Shown: positions 25,623-40,081, counted from the stretch's first letter. The stretch: DNA of 64,000 nucleotides from Balanoglossus misakiensis (GCA_040954595.2 CM082597.2:5151244-5215243); one strand, 5' to 3'. The notes: a model not told the origin generated them from the letters alone. Numbers and translations are program-made.

Positions 25623-28600
25623 CAGGCAGGCAGACAGACAGATAAATAGTTATCATAATTATTAGCGGCTATTTTGAATGTCAAATATCGTATGAAATGT
25701 TTGCATGCCCACCCACGTTAGAAATGTTAAGAGAGCATGATCTAAAGTTGACTTGAGCAGTATATGGATACAAGCTTTAGACTTTGAGGTTTGAAGTGTA
25801 TACTACTTTGAATGTAGGTGTCAAGGTTCTGCCTGTTACTTGTCAAGTTCCTGCTAATCTTGTCTTTCTAAAACACAAACGTTGGGAAGGTTAACCCTGT
25901 ACTATTTTTGAAGCTGTTCTCATTCGGTTCTGAAAACGTCATGTGTCAGAGTCTATTGATGACTATTCGCTTCAGTGAGTTCATTCAACTTCATGTTTCT
26001 CTTGCCAGGTCCAATCAACGATCTCCTTCTCTATTCGACCAATGATGACTTACTTGTGTGCAACGCCACCAACGGCAAGCCTCCCGCGTCCATTCATTGG
26101 ATCGTCAACGGTGTGGTCATCACCAAGAGTACTAGAGAGTTCAGTGTTTACAGCTACCTTGAAACTACATCCTACGGAAGAAGTGATTCCATCAGTGAGC
26201 TGACCTTTTTGAAGTTTTCCAATGAACATATCCCCATTGTGACATGTGTCGCTCAACAGGAAAACCTTGCAGAGAGATATGTTTGGATGCCTTCAACAGA
26301 TCCTCTCCAACCAGGACAAGCAGGTATTCATGGCTGTATAATTTTTCAAGACCTTTGACAAATCTATGTTTTGTTTGTGGTTTTGCTACCCTGTGAATGA
26401 CAATTGGCCAGTCTCATTTGCAGGAAACATTAGACTCGTTCTTTGCCCAACCATGGAGCTAGAAGCATCCATGGCCCAACTCTGTTGCCCCAAAAGGGAC
26501 AAGTATCCACCGCCATTTTGTCCAGTCAAATTACACAATTGTGCATGTGTAATACACTGGAACATGCGCAAAGACATGACTAGTCCATGACACATGCGCA
26601 ATGACGTGGGCTATGGCTTGAAAAATGGCGGCGGATACTTGCCCCGCTGGGTTCCCTCAGGAGGGTTCCCTTTACGAAACAACCGGTGTAAGATCGCAGC
26701 GCCCCGATTGAGCAAGGAGCGAGCCTATTGAAACAGTATAACATGACCTACTCATTGTGGTACCTTCCACCTTGTAGGTTCCTCCGAGACAGCGCCACCA
26801 AACACAACAGTAAATGGTCCAACAGCTGCTCACGACTCCACAACTCCACGCCAAGGACCCATCAGTGTTCATGTCGGTGCAATGAACTGGATGCTGGTGG
26901 TTGTGGTTATGTTTATCGTCATGTGCATCCTGGTAGTATCATTCACCATCATTGTGTGTTGGATGCGACATAAGCCAAACAGTGTACGTATGTTGAAATA
27001 ATTTGACAGTATCTGAAAATCTTGAATGAATTGTATTGCTTCTAAAACGACCAATATGTTTTCAGAGTCAACCCACGAACTATCATCTGGATAGTTAATT
27101 CGTTATACGTTGAAGATGGCGTTTTCACATGGTTTTGCTAGTTTAGTCACCGTTGCCAGGAAACACGACGCCTCTGGGCATCTACTTAGCATTCATAACA
27201 CTTCTTTTTCACAGACGGTTATTATCCAAAGCGATATTGAAAACCAATCATGTCTGAATTCAAATGGACTAGGAGAATCATCAGGTAGCGACGCTCAGCA
27301 AAACAATAACAACACCACCAACGGGGAACCGAGCTTCTCCCTCTTAACCGAGTTCACAGGAAACGGTTTCACAAATACACTGGTGAATAACAGTCTGAAC
27401 AACAGCTTTTCCCGTGATGTGCCCGACCTAGTGGAACCCCATGCTGGCATTCAAGCGACATCCCGCAGTAGAGATTCCGGTTATGACGAGGCGGATGGTC
27501 TGACAAAATTGCTTGGTTCTCCGCCCGATGACACAGTGTCTACCGTGTCTTCGTCGTCCGCCAGTACTGCGTCCAGCGAGGCGTCCATGAGTGACCGCCC
27601 TCTGTCGCCGGGCTATGTGTGCGACAGAGACGCCTTTGAGATCCCTCGTGATGATATCATCTTTGACAAGAGAGAGAAACTTGGTGCAGGATTTTTCGGA
27701 GAGGTTTTTAAAGGACTGGTTAAACTTCCTGGCAAAGTAGAGACAAGCATCGTTGCGATCAAAACTCTAAAAGGTACAGTTATTTTCAGACAGACAGACA
27801 GACTTTTAAACTTGCTAATAGTTTTCATATGTTGTCACTTGCCTGCGTTTTACATGTATTGGCTACGTTTTAACGAGTAATATGGCGCCTACACCACTGA
27901 TGTAAAACTTAGGCGTGTTTACATGTATCGTTTTTTCGTGTCACCTTTTCCACGAGAGAACCAAACTGAAACCACACCACGTGACATCAGTGCGAATTGA
28001 GTGTATTTACCATTTCCATCCAGAATGCAGCAGCAGTGATCACTACGACGCCTTGCTCCGTGAACTTCAGATCATGAAGACCCTGAACATTCATCCTAAT
28101 GTGGTGACGTTACTGGGATGCTGCACACGCCCTAGAGATGGTAAGAAGACGATCATGTTCATGTGTCGCCATGTCAGCCTTTTCAGCCACCAACACACGT
28201 ATCAGTCAAACCCCTCTTAGTGGCCACCTCTATATAGTGGCCACTTTGTTACAGTCCCTGTGTAATTCACATGTGTGTTAGTTAACCTCTATCTAAAGGT
28301 CTCCTCTCTCTAAAGGCCAGTATAGGAAAGTCCCTTGACTGGCCACTATAGAGAAGTTTGATTGTATTGCTATATGATTAGACTAACCATTCAAAGGACT
28401 TATATGTAATATTATTACCTTATCAAACACATTCAACAGTCATACCATTGCACAATCCTTGGTTGACCAGTTAAACCCATTGCATTTTGTTACAAACAGT
28501 ACAGCGATATTTACACGTTATGAAGAATACATACATGTATGGATTTTGTTCCAGGATTGATACACCACTAAGATACACCTCCTGGATTGTATTTACACAG

Positions 28601-30467
28601 AATTTGTTTCAGTTAATGAAAAAAACAGAAGAGTACAACACTTATAGTATTGTGATACCTTCCTATTTGATTCCCAGCACCCATATACGTTATTGTTGAG
28701 TTTGTACCGCGTGGAACCCTAAGGCAGTATCTGCAGAAAAATCGACCGACTTCAATCTATTCCAGGACAGATATAATCCCAACCAATCGAACTTTGACAA
28801 ATAAGGATCTGATAAAGTTTGCATATCAAGTTGCCAAGGGAATGAAGTTTCTCCATCAGCATAAAGTATGTATATATTATACTTTCATTTTTTATAACAG
28901 AAAAAATAACAAAATATGAAAAAAATTGAGTGAATTTTATATGCTAACTACAAAGACAGAAATGTTTCACCAAAGGAAATCATGCAATACAGTCAACATA
29001 TAATTTCTTCTATCTCTTACTACATTGAGTTGTCGACTTTTTACCCACCATGCAACTTTTTATTAATTTAATGTATTATCCATTGGTTATTCATTGTAGT
29101 GCATACACCGTGATTTGGCAGCAAGGAACGTTCTCGTGACTCACGACGCCAACTGTAAGATTTCAGACTTTGGACTTGCACGGAATATCACAGAAACACT
29201 GGAATATGTCAAGAATTCGTCGGTAATGATTCTTTATTTTTCCTGTCAAGTCTTGAAAGGGTTAATTGAGACATGGAAAACTTAATGGGTATTTTTATAC
29301 ATTATTTTCTGTTGGTGTTATTTTAACAATTACTGTGGTCATACTTCTTTATGTTATCCTAAAGGCACCTTCAGAAATTCACAGTCGAATTTCTGATTCT
29401 ATGGTTTTTGTCTAACTATAGGGACCGTTACCGCTTCGATGGGAGGCCCCAGAGTCTATATCACAACGCGTTTACAATCTTAAGACTGACGTCTGGTCCT
29501 ACGGCATTCTGTTGTGGGAAATCGTCACCTTTGGCGGCCGGCCGTATCCACACCTAGAAAGCTGTGATGATGTGCGGAAGGAAATACTGCAAGGTCGTAC
29601 CATGCAGAGACCGAAACACTGCCATAAGAAATTGTGAGTTATTGCTCAAGTTATGCACACAAGTCCCACTTAGAGCTGTCCCTCTATCCATTCTCGTTCA
29701 AAAAAATCAACCAAGACTGTAATTATCTTTCATTGCTCAATAACCTTATTTAAACATTTAATTTTCCTCATTTTCATACCAAAGCCAACCCTGTACTAAC
29801 TATTTGACATAGAAAAGGTCTATTTAAATTCTTCCGACGGATACTTGCAAAACATATTAATTCGACGAGAAAGAAATCGTTATGGTGACTGGTATATTTG
29901 GGGTGTATTTATACAGTGTGTTAGTCACATACGACGATATCTCTTTTCTTCATTCAGATATAAAGTCATGAAAGCATGCTGGGCAAAGGATCCGGAGAAG
30001 AGGCCCAGCTTCAGTAATATTGTAGCTCAGCTAGAACCAATGAGATCCACCGATGAAGTAAGTAAACAACGCATGCGCATAACGATGCTTGTCAAAGAAA
30101 TGTCTGAACAGCGCAGTTACAGCCGCCATCTTGGAGAGAGAATTCACCATTGTACAGTACTCATGATCAGGATTCCATATTTACGCGAGCAGCTACTTAC
30201 CAGCAGCAAACTAAGAGAAGGAGCAATGAGTTTGCAACAGTGCTAACTAAACTAACCCATGATGGCAGTGATGACTCTTGAATTCAGGGCCACTGACAGT
30301 ATTTAGATCCGCAGTATAGGGAGTTACCATAACACCATCAGTAATATAGTAATTCAACCCCATAATCACCACACGCCTGATTATGTGAAATACAATTGAA
30401 ATATCCTCTTTTATTGCAGGAATATGTATATACTTCACAGTATGATGTCCAATCTTACATGGATTAG
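20848..30467 (+). CDS. Receptor tyrosine kinase: signal peptide, V-type Ig, second Ig, S/T/P stalk, TM, long juxtamembrane region, FGFR/RET-like kinase
   Basis: Exons: 20848-20896 ([16 protein letters not shown], less certain), 25125-25487, 26009-26323, 26778-26983 (TM: [25 protein letters not shown]), 27215-27773 ([13 protein letters not shown]), 28024-28140 ([12 protein letters not shown]), 28678-28865, 29100-29222 ([14 protein letters not shown]), 29422-29633 ([16 protein letters not shown]), 29958-30057, 30420-30467 ([15 protein letters not shown]). Confidence 0.93.
25572..25641. repeat. (GACA)n microsatellite
   Basis: Run of agac/gaca repeats with a few aggc variants in RTK intron 2. 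Confidence 0.95.
26496..26645. mobile_element. Palindromic MITE-like element
   Basis: gggacaagtatccaccgccatttt (26496-26519) is nearly the reverse complement of aaaatggcggcggatacttgcccc (26622-26645). No clear TSD was identified. Confidence 0.55.
28203..28364. mobile_element. Tc1/mariner/pogo-type MITE
   Basis: Termini cagtcaaacccctct...agagaagtttgattg, followed by TA on the right. Internal repeated tagtggccac motifs. Confidence 0.65.
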
Positions 30468-32168
30468 AGACAACACCTACTCACTATCAATCACAGTTAG
30501 CGGCTGACCAAACGACAGGCACATTTCAAAATCTGTCACTGTGTGGAAGACATTTCACAAACATGGATCCCGCTAGCCAGAGTCATCTACTTTCGCTCCT
30601 CGGAGAGAACACTCTGGCTTATTTGGCGCAAGAAATTCTCTTTAAGAAACTGTTGCCGTAAAAAGGTCGTGATTCACGACAATGGCAGACGACAGCATGA
30701 TATACATTTAAAATTGCTTGCTTTCTTTCTAATTTTCACAGAAAGATAGAGAGATTATATTGTTTATATTTTACGGATATATTTTTATAGAATGTATACA
30801 AGGTGATATTGTTATATACCAGAATTGTGAGATAATTTCTTAGAAATGCAAATGCTTATGTGTATGTGTTAAATCATGTTTTCAATTGTTTTGTGCTCTG
30901 CAGACATTTGTCTATGAATTATGGTTGCAACAACCTATCTTCTTGTAAGTCTGCAGTAATCAACGAAAGAGAATATTTTATAATGACTGTCTCAGAGCTC
31001 AACTCTCCATTTGGTCATTATGATATGTCCTCTTGTTAGTGTTTGACGATATAGAGGGTGTTTCAGAGAAAAGTGTGACCACAATCAAATCGTTTCAACG
31101 TAAAAGGAACAAAAAAAATATTGGCTGAGATGAAAAATGAGAAGCCGGAAGTTAATCTGATCGGCAGACGATCGTCAACTTCAAGTGAAGTACAAGACCA
31201 TTTGGTGTTAAAGGGTGTGTGTCGTACCGTCTGCGGCTGCGGGTGTATCATTATTAGTTACGGTTGCTCGAAGTAGGCACAAAGTAGAACTGCTACAATG
31301 TACATCTGTGTAAACAATGGTGTTTATTTGTATTACACAGTACATTATGGCAAACAATGCTTTGTTACATTTTTATCAATTTTCAAGATTACAGATATAC
31401 AAGAATGTCGCACATGTGCAATTCAGACGACCCCCTTCTAAATCAGTATTGCTGAAATGCCATGTACACAATTGAATGGACAGTTTTTGTTGTGTTTAAA
31501 TAGTTATATTGTGAAATTATATCAAAATCATTAAGTAGAGTTAGTTTTGTTTTGTTATGCCGGCTATAGGTTTGCGAAGATGCAACCTACTGGCGGATCT
31601 AATGTAAATATTGTTGTCGTGCATAAGTTGCCAATTTTGCTTTGAACTTTATACATCTATCTATTTTAAGTTTTTGCACACTGAAATAGATGGAGATAAA
31701 AAAAACATTTTCAGAATAATTTGGTAGTAGTGAGTAAAGACGTAACCGTCCAGAATTATGTTAATTCAATTCAATTCAATTTTAACAGGGGTAGAAATAA
31801 TATTTTACATGATTTAATTTCGAACTATGATATTAAAGTTTCCTTTTACGACAAATGTGTGCATAAAGTGATTATATTTTGTTAAAACAATTGTATTTTC
31901 TTAAAATTAACCAATTTAATGCCTTTTAGTGATTTCACCTTTCAATTATTATTTTTTTGTCTTAGCATGAGTAGACGAGAGGAAATATTAGGAGTACATT
32001 TAGTGAGAGGAATTTGTCGTATTTGGCGTAGATGCCAAGACTTAGTGGATGTCGTTGAAGTGTGTCAGTAAGAGCTATGGTCAATCTTGTTTGACACATG
32101 ATTGTTTCAGAACAAATAAAAATATTTTCTATTTACTTGATTGTGTAGACAGAGGTTTTCCTTAAGTA

Positions 32169-32228
32169 AATCAATCAATCGACTGACCAACCAACCAACC
32201 AACCAACAATTCAATCAATCAACCAATC
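32169..32228. repeat. Compound (CAAT)n/(CCAA)n microsatellite
   Basis: aatcaatcaatc...ccaaccaaccaacc...tcaatcaatc. Confidence 0.8.
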
Positions 32229-35200
32229 ATAGTGTTCTGCTCACCAGAAGCATAGCCACTCACCGATAAGCTGTTACAACACAACAATACCCTGGACATG
32301 CGTATAGCATGTGAACATATTTACAATACAATTGTAGGTAAATGATGGGAGTACTCATATGTAGTGCTCTTGTACAGGGAGTAAACTGTTCTTTAACAAT
32401 TGTTGGTTGACCATGTTTTACTGAACAGGATAAAGAATTTATCAAAAGAAACTAATATTGCAATAAAATCGCAAAAAATGTCTGCTTTCGTCCCTTTAAC
32501 TATGAGTCGACCTGTCGCAAACAAGGCCCTCATACGTAACTATATTTATCACCAATTTCTAGGAATTGGCAGGGGTTACTAGGGGGTTGATAAGGTTCAC
32601 GACCCTTCAACCTTGCCATAATTTCTGGATAAACATTTCGCCTGCAAAGTCTGTGCTGTGTCTATCTGTTTTCAAGAAAACTATACGTGAGTAAGCTTGT
32701 CCATTTGTATTTAAAAGATAATTTTCATTTCATTTATGGTCATTTAGTTATGAATTTCACCATTGCAATCTTTCTAGGCACATGCGCCAACTTACTCTGT
32801 CGGCGTGGTGCAATTTTGTCCAGTTTGTATGTAGACTTTGACCTACGCGCCGCGCACAATAGCAAGGCTGATGAGTGACTGACAGAACATAACATATTGT
32901 GGAGGAGTTTTTGCCTAATGTCATTTCAAGGTACCATCTACAGTATTTTCTATGGAACTGACCAGGATCAAAACCTACAGTACCGCCTAGACAACTAAAT
33001 GGCACCCACAAACATGGCCGTGATTGCAAAACTGAATGGTGGGTCGCTATAACGCTAGCGGTAACACTTATCGACCCGAAGCAATGATACAGGGCACGTA
33101 CTTATACCTGAAGCTCTGTGCTTTTAAGATAAGTCTGCACTCGACATTTTGTGTTAGGCAACTGTGTGCGACACCAGCGGCAAAGTACAGACTAGTTACA
33201 ACTGATTTTTTCCTTTTCCACACTCAGATTAGTCCATGTGCTTGTCTAGAATCTGTAGATCTCGTATCGGGACTCTTGCTCTTGTACTAGTGAAAAGAAA
33301 ATCTTGACAATTCAACAACAAGTTAGGAGATCAATGCCATGGCTGATGCATTAAAGACTTCCTTATTTTCCATGTTACGCCCCCATTTAAACATTTCAGC
33401 TCAAACCATTTTCATTGTATACATAGTAACGCATGGGTCACGTAATTCAGTTGAGATAGAGGTGTTATCGGTTGCCTTGCACATGTTTGCAGATACGATT
33501 GGCTTTATTTACATACATCATTATCTATCAGTTGATGTGTGTAAATGTTTGTGATGTCGTCGACAACAAAGTGCAAATATCAAACTTCACTCAAGTTTTA
33601 GCTACTTTATTGGGAGTAGCCATTATGCTTAGGGCTCCCTAGTATCGCGGTTGGATGTTCAAGATAAAATTGGTCGATGTCACTTTACAGTGATTTAAGT
33701 GGACACTATCAATACTTCATTATCTAATAACCCAAAGACACGTTGGCAACCTGGGGCATTTGGTATCAGTAGAAATAAACGCCATGATGTATATAAGATA
33801 TTTATACCTGACTAATCATCGATTAATTGAGCGATAACTCCGTGTCTCAGATTACAGGGACATATCAGATTCAGATTACACGAAAGAGTTAGAGGGGCCT
33901 TTCTGTAGTATCATGAATACATGGAATACTTGAATAAAATCTAAGTGTACAGAATAATGACGACACATAACTTCAAAAGTGTCCAAAATTTACCCCTTTT
34001 GCTGTATGTAAAAAACTAATTTTGTAAGTGCTCTCATGACAAAAAGCCTACTTTCATAACAATTCGTTTCTTCGAGCAAATAATCATTGCCACATTGTTT
34101 AATCTGCCACAGTCTGAAGTATGTAAACGCCGTTATTCGTATTTCCTGTGTGGTAAAGTTTACAGTCTGATTGGCAATGGTTGTTAAATGAGACAGACTG
34201 ACCTCAGTCTTACCTTTGCAGTCCAGGATTGTTACTTTTAACGACCCACGCAACTGCTCACACGTACGTAGCAGTGTGTAAAACTGCCAAGCCACGGGGA
34301 ATCTCGCAGGGTCTCGTGGAGTTTAAAAAATGGTCACTTATTAGTCTCTTGGTGTAAGTTACATGTATTATGCACTTTGGGACACGTTTTCAGCAAAATA
34401 GTCTTCCAAACCTTTTAGATCTTTGCCAATTACAGTTTGCAAGGAGTTTTCATGAAAACATTTCACTCTTCATAAATATCACCAGCTTAAATTTTCTCCA
34501 TTGAGTTAACACAGAGAGTGACTGCGAGTTTGAATTTCAAATATGAGACAATTTCACTCTTTCATTCAGTCAAACTTTTGCACGGTGACCCCCCCCCCCC
34601 CCTCTCCATTGTGGGGAGGCAAACAAGTATAAGTCACCGCATTGGTATGAGCTAGTCCAAAGGTAAACACCATGAGCTATGTTTAGACATGCCAAAAACT
34701 GTTTACACAGACGAATGTTGTAAATGTGTAAATTGGTGTAAGAGTGGGGAAGGGGAGGGGTAAACACTTTGCTACGAGAGTCTCAATAGGTAAACACTTG
34801 AACCTGGTTGTAGATCAGGTGAAACTGTGTAAACGTATTGGTGATTTGTCAGTTTTTTTGTAAATTCCTTGTCAACACTTAACTACTGGCCGCCATCCAG
34901 GACGATAACTTGAGTTCATCTGACTATCAATAAATGAAATGTTTCTGTGACTTTTTGGAAGTCTCTGTTCTTAGAAACGACCAAGAGAGCAAATCTGGGA
35001 GTGATGGTTTAGCCAATTTTTTCCAAAAAGTTTCCAAAGGCACCAACCAGAGCAGCCACCTCACGTTCAAATGGGATGCGCCTCGTCAATCAAAGTGTTA
35101 AATTAAAACCTTTTCTCGTATTTTGCTGCAGGGAACTTAAAGAATTGGAAGATTCGGTGTCCCCCAGGCACATACAACCTTAAGTCGTTAACATTCTTTA

Positions 35201-37357
35201 CTTGTTTTGGGGACACAATGAACATTCCTAACATTTAATTTGAAAACAGTCCCGAACGACAATATTTGACGTCAGAATGGAGGAATGCATTGATCGGTTG
35301 TTTGATTTGTGGTGGGAATTTTAGCGATGCGGCGCTCTGCGGTATGGGATTATTTCAACACTTGAACTTTCAGCCTCATCTGGTCGTAAATCAAATGATC
35401 AAAGTCCCGGGCCATACAGCTCACTGTTTGAAAAGTGTCATGCGTGCAGGATTGACCCTCACAAGATGGTTATAAGCCCGGGATTTGTAGCTGAAGTGTG
35501 AACAGTTACTGTATAAGTGTGGTTATATAGGGTTGTACATTTGAACCACCGTTCAGTGTGTCACTATAGGTGTTTGTATGTGACAGAGTATGTGCTCGAT
35601 GGTGCAGGGTACACCACCCACACAAGTATTCAAGTCTCGACCATTAGTTGATGACGATAAGCATCCTTTTAAGGCACTTGTTACGACTTAGCACTTCAGG
35701 TTGGCAGATAAACACGTGCAGTGTACCTTCCATACCGATATTTCACGTTGCTTACATGAAATTTGCAGTCTACTTTCCCACAGAGTGAATACATTCATAT
35801 TTTTTTTTGTTTTGGGCATGTCTTTGTTAAATATTTAGTTTATCTTTAATATGACTTTTGCAGAAAGTGCATATCAAATTAAGTTAACCGTGATATAATA
35901 AAACAGATTCGTATTTTTTTCTTCAGAGCTAAGGTGTTGCACATGCCGAAATATAACTGAAATTTCCAGTGATGAAATCTTGTACATTGGTTTGTTTGTT
36001 TTTTCTGGCGAACGCTCTCAATATCATAGTATATATGTTAACTATAAGTGATGAGACTAATTTTTACCAATTTTACAAAAATAAGCCAACTTGATGATGA
36101 TTGTGATTGTGATGGCCGTTACCTTCGTTTTTTCATTAATTTATTTGTGAGGGAAATCATAAATATACTAATGGGAAAAACCGCAATGATCGACAGTAAG
36201 TGCATGTAGTGGCTTGTAGTGTACCTCAGAGGAGTGACCTTTCACCTCTGCGGTTTGCTCACCGTGTTGGAATCTCGCCAAGTCCAGAACAGGTTTTTCT
36301 CACAGGAAAAAAATTACCGTACAGGAAATTGAGATCACTACTTGGTTATCAAAGTCACGTGCTTTTTGACATTTCACGATTTCAAAATTCAGGTTCCGTT
36401 TGTGTTTTGCACGTTGACCAAAAATACCAAACAGACAAGTTTAGCATGGCGGTGAATTTGTCATTTCAGACACACCGTTGAGTAAAGATTTTCAATTGCA
36501 TAGGAGTCCTGTAAGACAAAAGTGTAACTAGATTTGCCCGTCCATTCCGAATGTACAGACAGTGGATTCTACCATAAACGTAATTGGGACGATTTTGTGA
36601 TTACGATTTCTAGAAAAATCATATAAATTGTTGGATTCTACGAAATTTTATTAATTTTTTTAGAAATTAAGTTTCTTTCAGAAAAATGCAAACAATGCAT
36701 TTTACTGATATAATCAATTAGAGGGTAGAAATGGGTATAAGTTCAGAAGCAACATTCTACCCAAATAGGAAATCTATCGTAGAACCCACGCGGAACTATA
36801 CGCTAACGGCGATACGATCTTCAATACACTTAAACGTACGCGCAACAGTAGTGGGCGGATGGTATAGCCAGGGTTCAGTATTCGTTCATTTGAACCCGGA
36901 AGAATTTCAGATTTTCATTCATTCATTCTAAGCCCACGCACATGCAGTCAAGGCACACGCCAACATTGTCTTGCATCTAAATACAATATCACACGTGATT
37001 GTGAGCTCACTACATGCACTTTCTTGCAATAAATAACTCTTATGAATGTATGATGACGTGCAGTTTACATCTTGAATGTGTAATACTATTGTGGGTTTTA
37101 CGGCAGGCATTAAAGACTGGGCATCCGAAATTCACATCAAAGCAACCTGTCATCCGTGGAAAGAAGTTTTGACAAGGATGACGTGAACCCAGCACCCCAA
37201 AGACCGAATGACGACAACAAAATCCCCCACCCGCACAAGAATTTCTTTGGAACTACAAGGAGGGGTTAGGCTGTAATGACTCGAACAACTTTGGTATATA
37301 TACCCCCAACATCTACCGTGTAGTGCTCATTCTGAACGGGACTGTTGGTTGCAGAAG

Positions 37358-40081
37358 ATGTCTCTAAATCTAGGTCCAACGCCAGCGTTTTTTCGTTTGC
37401 TATTGGTGATGCTGCCTGCCTCAGGTGAGTGGTATCAGACACCGTGCACGTGTGAATATACAGCCGGAGTCAGTCCACACACGTGTAAGACTAAGCTAAT
37501 CAGATCTTGTTACGTAAGGCAGATTCCTGGTCGGTACTAGATACAGACTTAGAGACACAAGAAGAGATTACTTCTGATAATACCAAAGACAGCTTAATTT
37601 TTCGTGCAGTTGCAGAGATAGAAGCCTGTTATAGCTGGGATACATGTGTCCAGCCGGACCTTTGCCCCTCCAATAGGTTTTGTCTCTGAACAACATCTAG
37701 ATATCTTAACAGGTAAAATTTGTTTTGTAGCACACAAACAAGCTCTATATTTGTTTTAAGTCTTTGAGAGACAGATTTCTTTAGGAGCCAAATTATTAAT
37801 ACAAGGAATATGCGGATGACAGTCACCTCAAGCATTGCAAGGCCAGTTTCTGTGATACATGTGTGCTTAGAAATTGCTGCTGAGGAGAATGTTCACAACA
37901 AAAGAAACTGATTTTTATCCATTTCTGTGACTATAAAAATTAGGTCCATTCAAATCCAGCAACGTCACAAATATACAAATGGGCACAAAGTTGGCACCAG
38001 TCCTTAATTTTCAGTATTTCAACCGCAAATTAAAATGTTTGAGGAAAACCTCTTATATTTTAAATTGTTGTATTACGTTAGAACCTATAGACATATAATC
38101 TATGTTGGAGATCGGCTCGGAATATAATATAAACCATATCTACTAAATCATAAATTGAAGACATGAAGAGAACGGCCCACTGGTCATTGCGTCTTTCACC
38201 CTATTACTTATCAAAGTTGGATAGTGATATTTCGACGACATTCGTCTCGATGGATATCTACGATCGTGTAGTACAATGTTCCTATATTGAACTGACGGGG
38301 TCCTACAGTTCTGACACTTCCATCTGGTACTCTAGTTAAATTTAAAGATTCGTTCACTTTGCATGTCCGTATAAATGTGAGCGTTTCAGTAAACTAGATT
38401 CGTGGACACAGTGTTGTCTATAGTGACATTCAAGTTGTAACATCTGCCATGGTACTGTGTAAAATGTGCGCGTTCGTAAACTAGATACGCTGACACAATG
38501 TTATCGAGTGACATTCAAGTTGTAACACTTGCACCACGATGCATATCCGTTTTGTGGGTTGAAGTAGGTCGTTTGGGGTTTATGCGCGATTCAGTGGCTC
38601 AAGCGGCCGGAAGTGTGTGTATGGTTCAAGCCGTAAAGTCAATGACATACAGCACCGTGTAACCACCAAATCCCGTCCATGTTTGCTTAATACACGAGTT
38701 AATTTAAGGACAGCCTACACGACTTCAAATCCAAGAGACGGATTGTTGGCGAAATGCAATTGAAACATGTACTCACATGACTAACATTTCCAATTCTTCG
38801 GTATTTTGCAATACCTAAATAACAATTAACGGTTTAGTCCAAATAGTTCAGTACTTGCGATTTATGTGCAGTAGCTGATGAATACTGTCCAGGTTGAACC
38901 CATACTCAGTCACACGCACCAACAGATTAACGGTTATCGACCCCTTCAGTCAGGGTTCTGTTGTCTCTATATAATCATTTACAGAGAATGTATTTATGGT
39001 ACCTCAAAACAGTGTTTAGGGCATGACCCACTTTTGTTACACTATCACGTGAAAACAGGACATTTTACGACCATTTATAGCTACCACTTGTCAGTGCAAG
39101 AAGAAAAAAGTCGAAAATCTGGAGTAGGTCATTGTTAGTTTAGTAAGGACAGACTCACTGGGATTAGTCTTTGTGTTCACAGCTACTAAACACAAACCAG
39201 ACTAACATTATATCATAAATTATACCATCAACCATTTATTATTTGAGTGATGGGTTTTGTCATACCTCAAGCAACCCCTAATCAATTATATATCCATTCT
39301 TTTCTAGGGCTGTGTGCCAATAAGATAGATGTCGAACCTTTGCTCCCACAGGGAGTTGGGTACGTCGTTGACGACGGGACATCAGTGTTAACGGCCACCT
39401 TTCTTTTCCACATCAATCGTGTGCTGACCGACGAAGACGTCATTCATGCAACTCTTTTGCACGAATCCCACGTCATCCTGCAGGAAACATTGCGTGTGAA
39501 TGGATCGCCCCAGGTTCTTGGTCTGTACGCCATGCATATGCATGAGACTCCACCTTATGTGAGGTTTACTGTGGACATGTGTAATGTGACAAGGGACAAA
39601 GAAGGAGAGTACGAAGTCAGATTGCACATTTTACCGGACAGTAACATATTCATCGAGACCCAATTGCGCTCAACATTTTCTGTTACAGTTAGACAAGGTA
39701 TATACAAGTAGATGTATGTATGTATGTATGTATGTATGTATGTATGTATGTAGAGAACCAAAAAAGTTAAAATCTTGCAGCAACAACAACTTGATGAAAT
39801 TTTGAACTATTTTGTATGTGGGTCTATATTGGAAGAGTACAAGAACCTTTACCATTTGTCGTCAGTTTACTTATACCTTTAAGTTGACTAATACTTCTGA
39901 CAATTTCACAGGCAATGCCAAAAACCATCTCCACAATCATCACAGCAATGCTGGAAGGCGAGGTGACGACATGAGAACCCGAAATCGACATGGCAGCAAC
40001 GAAGGCAGAAGAAACGAACGCAAAAAGACAAGAAAACAGCGGCGCCGTCAAAGAAGTGGGTCTAGAAAAGACCAACATTAA
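37358..40081 (+). CDS. Secreted single Ig-like domain protein with a His-rich, Arg/Lys-rich C-terminal tail
   Basis: Exons: 37358-37424 (MSLNLGPTPAFFRLLLVMLPAS, phase 1; TATATATA at 37295), 39308-39697 (FTVDMCNVTRDKEGEYEVRLHI...STFSVTVRQ), 39912-40081 (NAKNHLHNHH...ERKKTRKQRRRQRSGSRKDQH*). No TM segment. Confidence 0.8.
38391..38527. repeat. Two-copy ~87 bp tandem duplication
   Basis: aaactagat..g..gacaca.tgtt...agtgacattcaagttgtaaca occurs at 38391 and at 38478. Confidence 0.7.
39711..39752. repeat. (ATGT)n microsatellite
   Basis: Perfect atgt repeats in an intron. Confidence 0.95.

Noticed and set aside
20848-30467. Assigning the symbol FGFR or RET to the kinase
   Set aside because: The ectodomain has only two Ig domains, with no acid box or cadherin repeats, and the activation loop has a single Tyr. 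Orthology needs a phylogeny.
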